Of a stretch of DNA of 64,000 nt, positions 22,804 through 30,427 are shown one piece after another (position 1 is the stretch's first letter; each line of letters starts with the position of its first letter). The position numbers and the translations under genes were made by a program. The DNA comes from Planctomycetota bacterium (GTDB taxonomy: Bacteria > Planctomycetota > JAJSAM01 > JAJVHW01). The stretch is from the NCBI GenBank assembly GCA_965248445.1, contig CBDFJG010000002.1:672001-736000 (forward strand). The letters run 5' to 3'. Under the pieces are notes generated by a model. It made no database searches and was not told the origin of the DNA. It saw only the letters and a list, made by a program, of their open reading frames with translations.

Positions 22804-24472
22804 CCCGAATCGTTCACCAGCCGGGAATCTGAGCGGGCCGTCGTCTGTCTAAGTGCTCGTACTCGCTAGTACTTGCACCGACAGGAGCGCCGGCCCGATG
22901 ACGACAGACTGTAGCCCGCAGGGGACCCTCTTCGCGGGCATCTGTGGACGCACCGCGGTGACGCGCTTCGACGCCGGTACCGTGACGAGCGACGGGGGCG
23001 TGCTGCTGCTCGAGCGGACCGATCGTCGCATCGATCTGCTCTCGCGGTTTGCGCGCTGCTTCGGGGACCACCGGGACCCGCGTCGGGTCGAGCACACGGT
23101 CGGCCAGATGCTGCGTCAGCGGGTCTTCGGGCTGTGCGCGGGCTACGAGGATCTGGTGGACCACGACCATGTCGGCAAGGACCCGCTGTTTGCCGCGGCG
23201 TGCGGCAAGCGCGAGGGTGCTCTGGCCACGCACCCGACGCTCTCGCGGCTCGAGACCACGCAGCTCGGCGCCACGGCACAGACGCGCTACGCCAAGATCG
23301 AGATGGACCAGGAGCGCGTGGACAGCGTGCTCAGCGACGTCTTCTGCGAGGCCATGGGGCCGGAGGATCCGGGCCTGCTCGTGCTGGACCTGGACCACTC
23401 CGACGTGCGGCTGCACGGCCGGCAGGAGGGCCGCTTCTTCCACGGCTACTACGGGCACTACTGCTACCTGCCGCTGTACGTCTTCTGCGGCGAGCACCTC
23501 TTGCTCGCTCGGCTCCAGACCGCTGACAGAGATCCCGCGCGCGGAGTCGTGGACGAGCTCCGTGCGCTGGTCTTACGTCTGCGGCGCCGCTGGCCCCGGG
23601 CCAAGGTGCTCGTGCGCGCAGACTCGGGCTTTTGCCGCGAGGAGCTGATGGCCTGGTGCGAGGCCGCCGGCCACTTCTACCTGCTGGGCATGGCGCGCAA
23701 TGAGCGCCTTGAGCGACACGTCGAAGACGCGCTCGATGAGGCCGCAGCCCGTGCCGTGCAGACCGGCCGAGCAGCCCGGGTCTTTCGCGACTTTGCCTGG
23801 ACCACGCTGGGGAGCTGGAGCCAGAGGCGTCGCGTGGTCGCCAAGGCCGAGCACCTGCCGGGCGGCAAGCGCAATCCCCGCTTCGTGGTGACCAATCTGC
23901 CGCCTCGTAGCTGGAGCAGCAAGCGTCTCTACGAGCAGCTCTACTGCGCCCGGGGCGAGGCGGAGAATCGCATCAAGGAGCAGCAGCTCGAGCTCTTCGG
24001 CACCCGTCTGTCGGTGCACACGATGCAGGGCAACGCCGTGCGGATGGCCATGTCGGCCATGGCCTACGTCCTGACCTGTGCGCTGCGACGCATCGGTCTC
24101 GCCGGCACCGAGATGGCGCGTGCGCAAGCCGGCACGATCCGCCTGCGGCTGCTCAAGATCGGCGCGCTCGTGCGGATCACGACGCGCCGGATCTGGGTCT
24201 CGATGTCCTCGTCGTGGCCCTGGCAGCACGTCTTCGAGCGCTGCGCGCAACGACTGCTGGCATCCCCGAAGCCGACCTGACGTCCCGCCGCGCCGTCCGC
24301 CACACCACCGCCCGGCCTACGGTCTGCCCACACCGCAGAATCCGCGCCGTTTCGGCCGCTCACTCGCGTTGCCCTTGTGGCAACGACGACAGCATCCGCC
24401 CTCGCCTGGCCAAGATCTGACCCTGTGGACTCCGAAAGCACCGTCATCGCGACGTCTCGTGAACAGATGCGG
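22804..24472 (+). mobile_element. IS1380-family insertion sequence, copy 2 (1669 bp)
   Basis: Same ends as copy 1; CTAG at 22800-03 and 24473-76. Confidence 0.93.
22898..24280 (+). CDS. IS1380-family DDE transposase
   Basis: Near-identical to the other two copies. Confidence 0.93.
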   Translation: MTTDCSPQGTLFAGICGRTAVTRFDAGTVTSDGGVLLLERTDRRIDLLSRFARCFGDHRDPRRVEHTVGQMLRQRVFGLCAGYEDLVDHDHVGKDPLFAAACGKREGALATHPTLSRLETTQLGATAQTRYAKIEMDQERVDSVLSDVFCEAMGPEDPGLLVLDLDHSDVRLHGRQEGRFFHGYYGHYCYLPLYVFCGEHLLLARLQTADRDPARGVVDELRALVLRLRRRWPRAKVLVRADSGFCREELMAWCEAAGHFYLLGMARNERLERHVEDALDEAAARAVQTGRAARVFRDFAWTTLGSWSQRRRVVAKAEHLPGGKRNPRFVVTNLPPRSWSSKRLYEQLYCARGEAENRIKEQQLELFGTRLSVHTMQGNAVRMAMSAMAYVLTCALRRIGLAGTEMARAQAGTIRLRLLKIGALVRITTRRIWVSMSSSWPWQHVFERCAQRLLASPKPT

Positions 24473-24619
24473 CTAGGCTCAACGAGGGTGTCGAACGCGC
24501 TTCCTCCGGCACCCCGGGTGCCGATCTCGAAGGCACCCGGGCCCCGGGAGCGAAGGCACACGAAGGCACACACCGAGGGCGTCCAGGCGCGGGGGTGCAG
24601 CCCGCGATACTGCCTGACC

Positions 24620-25042
24620 ATGAGGCGAACAGTCCACGAGGTCGCGATCAGGACCCTCCAGAACCGCATACCGGACCTGAAGATAGGGCGGTTCGGCGCC
24701 GAGGTGCGCGCCGCGCTCAAGCGCGACCCCGACGACATCCCCTGCATCGAGGAGTACGCGAGCTTGACGAGGCACATCCGGCCGGATGCGTACCGCATCG
24801 ACGAGACGGAGTGCGCGGTGTACGCGTACGAGATCGAGGACGCGAGCAAGCTCTTGATGCACAAGATGCTGTGGCTCGGACTGCTGTGGCTCTCGCTGGA
24901 GGGGGACGGCTGGGACTTGCACGTCTACGTGCTGGATCGCTACGGCCTGCAGCAGCGCGAGGTCCCGCTCGGAGACTTCTACTTCGCGGCGCTCGAGCGC
25001 AACGACTACGAGAAGGTCGCCGCCGAAGCCGCCGCCATGTAG
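24620..25042 (+). CDS. hypothetical protein, possible PD-(D/E)xK nuclease fold
   Basis: RPDAY...YAYEIED pattern; 140 aa. Confidence 0.5.
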   Translation: MRRTVHEVAIRTLQNRIPDLKIGRFGAEVRAALKRDPDDIPCIEEYASLTRHIRPDAYRIDETECAVYAYEIEDASKLLMHKMLWLGLLWLSLEGDGWDLHVYVLDRYGLQQREVPLGDFYFAALERNDYEKVAAEAAAM

Positions 25043-25193
25043 CCGGCGCCCCTGTTGGGGGGCAGCTGATTTGCAATGTCCCCGGGACCCCCGGAACGAC
25101 GCGCACAGGCTCGACTAAGCGGCGCCTGACGGCGTCTCTGGCACCTGTTTCGGTGTGTACCGTTCCCCGAAGCGTTCCCCGGGGGTGCGCGAG

Positions 25194-26048
25194 ATGACGG
25201 CCCGCCAGCGAGTCGCTCGTGCCTCGTGTGCGCGCTGCGGGACGACCGTGGGGCGGCCTCACAATGTGTACTGCAGCAAGCGGTGCGCGGGCCTGGCAAA
25301 GACCCCTCGGCGGTTCGACGTGACCCCCGACGAGTTGGAACGTCTTGTCTGGTCGGAGCCGACCCAGGTCATCGCCGAGCGGCTCGGGGTGTCGGACGTA
25401 GCAGTCGCGAAGCGATGCCGGGAACTCGACATCGAGAAGCCGCCGCGCGGCTACTGGGCGAAGCGGGTCGCCGGCAAGACCGTTGCCCGTGACGGCTCGG
25501 TTCGCAACCAGATCGCCTGGTGTGCGTGCGGCTGCGGCGATGTCATGTGGAAGTGGCGCGGTGCGCAGGCGAAGCCTCGCCAGGCCATCAACGGACACAC
25601 GATCCAACACTGGGCTGGGACCTACGACGAGCGCCTTGCTCGCCGCGTCTCCTTGACCCTTCGTCGTGCGCTTCGGCGAGAGGCCCGGCGGTTACGTCGG
25701 TGGCGAGCGTCCACCGGGAGCCGCGGCCCCCTCGATATCAACGTCGTTGCCCGCCTCCAATGCCGGGCCGCCCACCTTGACGACATGTCTCGCGCTGCCG
25801 TCGATGTCGCGGAGGCGTTCAGCGAGCGCACGTTCTGCGAGTACGTCGGGGTCATCTGGCTCGCCGTTCGAGAGGCGTGGCTCGAAGGCGTCCGCTGCCT
25901 CGATGCCCTGCTCATCGCGGCGCGGCGAGCGGTGCGCGCGTCCTGGCGACAGGGTCGGGGTCGCGCCCGATTCTCGACCGACGAGATGGGTGATGCCTTC
26001 GACTGGCTCCCGGTCTACGCGCAGTCGTACAGCGAGGCGCCCCGATGA
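25194..26048 (+). CDS. mobile-element protein with Zn-finger and HTH motifs
   Basis: CARC...YCSKRC, LVWSEP..IAERLGVSDVAVAKRC..PPRGYWAK, CACGCG. Confidence 0.65.
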   Translation: MTARQRVARASCARCGTTVGRPHNVYCSKRCAGLAKTPRRFDVTPDELERLVWSEPTQVIAERLGVSDVAVAKRCRELDIEKPPRGYWAKRVAGKTVARDGSVRNQIAWCACGCGDVMWKWRGAQAKPRQAINGHTIQHWAGTYDERLARRVSLTLRRALRREARRLRRWRASTGSRGPLDINVVARLQCRAAHLDDMSRAAVDVAEAFSERTFCEYVGVIWLAVREAWLEGVRCLDALLIAARRAVRASWRQGRGRARFSTDEMGDAFDWLPVYAQSYSEAPR

Positions 26049-26215
26049 CCGCGAAGCCGCTCGCCATGACGGTCGTGGTCAAGCCGCGCGATGGGATCTT
26101 CGTCGCGTTGACCATCGAGCACTTCATGGCGTCGGCTGGCCCTACGCCGCTCGCTGCGTTTACGGGACTCGTCGAGTCGCTCGCGGGTCAGGCGCACCTG
26201 GATCAGATGGGCTAG
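26045..26215 (+). CDS. small protein, weakly HicB-antitoxin-like (56 aa, possibly truncated)
   Basis: ATGA overlap; VVVKPRDGIFVALTIEHFMASAGPTPLAAF resembles the HicB N-terminal beta-beta-beta-alpha pattern. Confidence 0.35.
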   Translation: MTAKPLAMTVVVKPRDGIFVALTIEHFMASAGPTPLAAFTGLVESLAGQAHLDQMG

Positions 26216-26493
26216 TGCGCCCAAACATGGACCCGCCTCTCGCCGCGCGCGCCGCGAGCCGAACGTGGGTGTGGAGAGTTCGTGGATTCGCACGGCCCAC
26301 CCGGGCGGCGCCGCCGGATCGGGCATGTGGAAATCGTGGATGAGTCATGTCGGCGCTTGCGTAACCACCGATTCGGACGTATGTAGCCTCGGATTCGCCC
26401 GATGTCGAGTTCCTGGGAGGAACCACAAGATGTTCTCCACAAAGGGGTTAGGTTGATGCTGTGGGTAGTGTTCGCTACGCTTCGGGATCCCCA

Positions 26494-27486
26494 ATGACCG
26501 GACCCGCGAAGTTGCCACACCTGTTCTTCCACGCGCCGTGCTTCGACGGTGTCGTGTCCGCAGCACTCATCCTGCGTCACCTGGTTGAGCCTCACATGCT
26601 CGACGCTGTCAAGCTCGAGCCTGTCAACTACGACGAGAAGGACAAGTGGCTCGACCGTCGCCTCCCCCGAGACTCCGCCGTGGTCGACTTCCTCTACCAC
26701 CCGGATGCTCACTTCTGGGTGGATCACCACCGCACGACATTCCTCACCTCTGCCGCGGAGTCGGACTATCGCTCGCGGCTCTCTCGGGGGGACCAGTGGC
26801 AATGGTACGACTCCAGCGCTGACTCCGCCGCGCGCGTGATCTGGACGCGGTTGCACGACGCGGCCCCCGTGGATGCAGCGCGGAGCACGGAGATCGTTCG
26901 ATGGGCGGACATCGTCGATGCGGCACGCTACGAGAACGTCACTCAAGCGGTCTGCGCCCAGTCCCCGGCGCTCCGAGTTGCGAGGAGCCTCGCGCGCGAT
27001 CGGGATCGTCTGCATAGCACGTGGCTTGTGCGTGAGCTCTCGCGACGGTCCTTGGACGACGTAGCCGCCGACGCCCGCGTGCGAGACCGCGCCGACGGTA
27101 TGGACCGCGAAGTGAGAGACGGCCTCGCGCGCCTGAAGGCGGCAACGCGGCTAACCGACGACGGCGTCGCGGTCTTCAACGTGGACGCGCGCGACGTCGT
27201 CGTGAATCGCTACGCGCCGTTCCTCCACTACCCAAGTGCGAGGTACTGCGCAGGCATTCTGCGCTGGGATGATCTCGCGAAGGTGACCGCAATGCGGAAT
27301 CCCTGGATGGACTTCCCGTCTGCCCCACTCGGGGTGATGTTCGCGCAGGTTGGTGGTGGCGGCCATGAACGCATCGGTTCCGTCATGCTACGCGGCGATC
27401 GCCGCGTCGAGGCCGGGGCTATACTCCACGCGCTGCTGGCGTCGATACGAGAGTGGGAGGATGCCCCGCGGCTGGAGCCCGCGTGA
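26494..27486 (+). CDS. DHH/DHHA1-family phosphoesterase
   Basis: HAPCFDG, VVDF, DHH, DIVD and C-terminal GGGH motifs. Confidence 0.85.
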   Translation: MTGPAKLPHLFFHAPCFDGVVSAALILRHLVEPHMLDAVKLEPVNYDEKDKWLDRRLPRDSAVVDFLYHPDAHFWVDHHRTTFLTSAAESDYRSRLSRGDQWQWYDSSADSAARVIWTRLHDAAPVDAARSTEIVRWADIVDAARYENVTQAVCAQSPALRVARSLARDRDRLHSTWLVRELSRRSLDDVAADARVRDRADGMDREVRDGLARLKAATRLTDDGVAVFNVDARDVVVNRYAPFLHYPSARYCAGILRWDDLAKVTAMRNPWMDFPSAPLGVMFAQVGGGGHERIGSVMLRGDRRVEAGAILHALLASIREWEDAPRLEPA

Positions 27487-28574
27487 CTAGTCGCTTCAAC
27501 TTCTTCGACGTCTACGGCTACTTGATCCCCGGTACGTGGCTGTTGCTGGGGTTGAGCGCGCCACTGTTCCTGGTCATGCGTCCAGACATCGATGCCTCGC
27601 TGGGCTCGGCGACTCTCGCGCTGACGTGCCTGTTCGTGCTCGCCTACGTCAGCGGACTCCTCATGAAGACGCTGACTCACCGCGCGCTCCCGTCGTGGAG
27701 CCACGTTCGTGGCGCGACGAAGCGGCCAGAAGTGCCGTCCAACTACCTCTTCGATCCGCGCCTGGCCCGGGCGAACACGTTCTCGCCGGACTTCTCAGCA
27801 GCAATCGAGAAGGCAGTCGCGGAGCGTGTGCCATTCTGCACTCCTGCGTCTCGGCTGACGGACTTCAAGACTCCTGGCTCCGATGGCACTCGCAGGGACG
27901 TGTTTCGCATGGCCCGCGCAGCGATCATCCGGTCCAATCGCCCGTCTTACGTCGAGCAGTTTCAAGGGCTGTACGAGATGTACCGTGGCCTCTGCATGGC
28001 CTCCTCTGCTGTCGCGTTGTACCTCTCGGGTTGGACGATCGGCGCAACAGTGCACGAAGCGAAACTAGGCTCTTCGTGGGCTGATCGAGATGTGTCCGTG
28101 CTCGTCACGCAAGTCCTGGTCGCCGCGGCGCTAGCTGCGTTGTGGACATCGAAGTGGACCGAAGTCCTCAAGATGCGGATGCTCTTGAACGAAGACGAAC
28201 CGACTTCTGATCACGCGGAGGGGAAGCGCAGCTTGCTCGCGGAGATGTGCTGGAAGCTCCGGTCGAGTACGGCGCTCAGCACACGACCTCGCATGCGGGA
28301 GTGCCCGCTGTGGAGACGCTTGTGGTGGGGACTTGCAGCGGTCTTCGGTGGTGCGGGATTCTTGGTGTCGGTTCGCGCGATGGAAAGTGACCGCGTCACA
28401 GAACCGACGCCTGAACACCTCGCTCTCGCAGCTCTTGTCTTCATCACCGCGGCGGTGTTGTTTCGGTTGTCGCATCTGAACGGAACGGAGATCTGGGTAC
28501 GGCAGGTCTACGAGGAACTTGTAGCAGACCACTGTTCGCGTTCCGACCAGCCGAGCGTAGACGACGACGAGTAG
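27483..28574 (+). CDS. multi-pass membrane protein, translationally coupled to the DHH gene
   Basis: GTGA overlap; FNFFDVYGYLIPG N-terminus; about 6 TM helices with two soluble loops. Confidence 0.75.
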   Translation: MTSRFNFFDVYGYLIPGTWLLLGLSAPLFLVMRPDIDASLGSATLALTCLFVLAYVSGLLMKTLTHRALPSWSHVRGATKRPEVPSNYLFDPRLARANTFSPDFSAAIEKAVAERVPFCTPASRLTDFKTPGSDGTRRDVFRMARAAIIRSNRPSYVEQFQGLYEMYRGLCMASSAVALYLSGWTIGATVHEAKLGSSWADRDVSVLVTQVLVAAALAALWTSKWTEVLKMRMLLNEDEPTSDHAEGKRSLLAEMCWKLRSSTALSTRPRMRECPLWRRLWWGLAAVFGGAGFLVSVRAMESDRVTEPTPEHLALAALVFITAAVLFRLSHLNGTEIWVRQVYEELVADHCSRSDQPSVDDDE

Positions 28575-28659
28575 GCTGCGAGGAGTTGCGCTGTGTGAGG
28601 CAACGCGCTCCGACGCAGAACTCCGCCTTCGCACGGTTCGTCAACGTGGGTGCCGGAGT

Positions 28660-30027
28660 TCACTCAGACGCGACGGTACGATCGGCCGAGAGCACCGCCG
28701 CGACCCGCGACTCTCCGGCGATCCTCCGCGCCACGTCCTCGATGCCCAACACCGCCTCGAGCGTCCTCGCACCCGCCGGCACGCCGGCCACCGGCTCGAG
28801 GTAGTAGCGTTCCGCTGTCCGGACGCTGTGCCCGTACCGCGCCGCCAGCGTGTACGTCGTCATCCCCAGCCCGGGCGCCGCCGCCGCGTAGGACTCGCCC
28901 GTCTGCCGGAGCTTCTGCGGTCCAGCACGCGGAACTCCCTCTTGTGCCGCGAGAGCGTTCAACGCGACCTTGAGGACGTCCACCGACATCGGCGCCGTCG
29001 TCGTCCCGAACACGTACCCCCGCTCGCCGGACTCCTGTCGCAGCCGGCGAAGAAGGTCCGCGATGCTCGGGCACACGTCGAGACGTATGCGACGTACACG
29101 CCGCGTCTTCGTCGCCCTCCCTTGCAACGTGAGGAACGGCGACGGGTTGCCGAAGCCGTCGAGGGCGTCGAGGGAGACGTCCTCCCACCGCAGGTTGAGG
29201 GCCTCACCCCGCCGACACCCGCAGAGCAGCACGAGCAAGAGGCAGCCTGCGACAGGCGCGTTCCGCGGCGTCGCCCCCACCGTGCCCCGTCCAGACTTCT
29301 CGGCACGCGTCATCCGCCACGTCTTGGCGTCGTGCGCGAGCGCGGCCTCGAGGAACGCGACGATCTCCGGCGGCCGAAGTACCTCCAGCGCCGAGTCCGC
29401 CACCTTGACGTGTTCGAGGGCCTCGCCAATCTCATCGCGGGAGAGCGCGAGGTAACGCGCCTTGCGCGACCAGTTCAGGAACGCGCGCACACTGGTCAGG
29501 ATGCGATTGACCGTGACGGGAGAGAGGACGCGACTCTCGCTCGCGCGGTCCCCTCGTCTCCCGCCGGCGGCGGCGCGCGTGCGCTTCATCACAGCGACGT
29601 GCAAGCGAAAGTCGGCCAGATGTCGCACGTTCACAGCGAGCACGTTGCGGACCTGGCGCGCGGCGCACCACGCGGCGAAGCGTCCGGAGTCGCGGCCGTA
29701 CGTGTCGAGCGTTCGCTCGCGCGTCCGTTCCGCGCGCAGATTCGCCGTGCAACGCGAGATCGCGTCCTCAAGGGAGATCGGCACGTACGCCGCCCGCCCG
29801 GCGCTCTTGGCGAGCTCTGCCGCGCGCTCCTGCAGGTTCGTGGAGAGGTCGACCGACCAGCGACACGCGGCGTCAATCGACGTGATCCCGAGCTTCACAA
29901 GGCTCTTGCTCCTGCGCTTGCCGGAGACGGCATCGCGGTACGTGGCAACGAGGCCGTAGCCAGCGCGCTTGGAGTGCGAAACGCCGGGGTGCCGCTCGCG
30001 GCAGGGCTTACCCTTCGTCCGGGCCAT
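28660..30027 (-). CDS. tyrosine recombinase/integrase
   Basis: GCRRGEAL (R), TKT (K), QKLRQT (HxxR variant), YGHS, ERYY; SAM-like N-terminal region. Confidence 0.88.
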   Translation of the reverse strand: MARTKGKPCRERHPGVSHSKRAGYGLVATYRDAVSGKRRSKSLVKLGITSIDAACRWSVDLSTNLQERAAELAKSAGRAAYVPISLEDAISRCTANLRAERTRERTLDTYGRDSGRFAAWCAARQVRNVLAVNVRHLADFRLHVAVMKRTRAAAGGRRGDRASESRVLSPVTVNRILTSVRAFLNWSRKARYLALSRDEIGEALEHVKVADSALEVLRPPEIVAFLEAALAHDAKTWRMTRAEKSGRGTVGATPRNAPVAGCLLLVLLCGCRRGEALNLRWEDVSLDALDGFGNPSPFLTLQGRATKTRRVRRIRLDVCPSIADLLRRLRQESGERGYVFGTTTAPMSVDVLKVALNALAAQEGVPRAGPQKLRQTGESYAAAAPGLGMTTYTLAARYGHSVRTAERYYLEPVAGVPAGARTLEAVLGIEDVARRIAGESRVAAVLSADRTVASE

Positions 30028-30128
30028 GGGGACCTCCAATCAGGTGTCCGTGCGCCAAGCCGCGTGCCGGGGTGACCGCCCCGGGCGCGGCGACGCAAGG
30101 ACCTGATCGTAGCCCTGGCGCCCCCCAT

Positions 30129-30149
30129 CTGTATGCAGCCTGTATGCAG
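30129..30149. repeat. direct repeat CTGTATGCAG x2, putative integrase arm-type sites
   Basis: Copies at 30129-38 and 30140-49, between the integrase start and the att core. Confidence 0.5.
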
Positions 30150-30268
30150 AATTCCGGCGAATGGTGGCGAAAGAGGGGCCCGGATGGCGGCACGCGATGG
30201 GCTTGAGAACCAGCGTTTTACTGCGCTCTGTCGCCATGCTTCGCCAGCGGCGAGACTGCTCGCCCAGC

Positions 30269-30314
30269 ACTGTCGATCCGGAGGTTGCGGGTTCGATTCC
30301 CGTCACCCTCGCCA
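30269..30314 (+). tRNA. 3' half of tRNA-Asp(GTC), att site; not a complete tRNA
   Basis: CTGTCGA anticodon loop, TCCGG, T-arm GCGGG-TTCGATT-CCCGT, CACCCTC-G-CCA (discriminator G); no D-arm or 5' acceptor strand upstream. Confidence 0.8.
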
Positions 30315-30327
30315 GCACTAAGCATCA

Positions 30328-30362
30328 AGCCCGTCGGACTTTAGGTCCGGCGGGCTGTCTTC
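30328..30362 (+). terminator. intrinsic terminator-like hairpin downstream of the tRNA 3' end
   Basis: AGCCCGTCGGAC-TTTAG-GTCCGGCGGGCT followed by GTCTTC. Confidence 0.6.
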
Positions 30363-30427
30363 GCGTGACGGCCCAATCTCACGGGCGGTACCCGAAGCGG
30401 TACCCAACACGGCACCGATGCGCCGTT

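Larger units (their letters stand above)
24477..30314. mobile_element. right-hand portion of a tRNA-Asp-targeting integrative element/prophage remnant
   Basis: Tyrosine integrase next to a tRNA 3' half (att site); phage-like small ORFs; less G/C-biased codon usage by eye; left end bounded by IS1380 copy 2. Confidence 0.7.

Noticed and set aside
24377..24619. N-terminal extensions of ORFs starting inside IS1380 (24377..25042, 35055..35654, 12706..13365)
   Set aside because: The identical MATTTASALAW start comes from the IS end and is not part of the native genes.
30240..30314. Complete tRNA-Asp gene
   Set aside because: The sequence 5' of the anticodon loop cannot form the anticodon stem, D-arm or acceptor stem, so only the 3' half is present.
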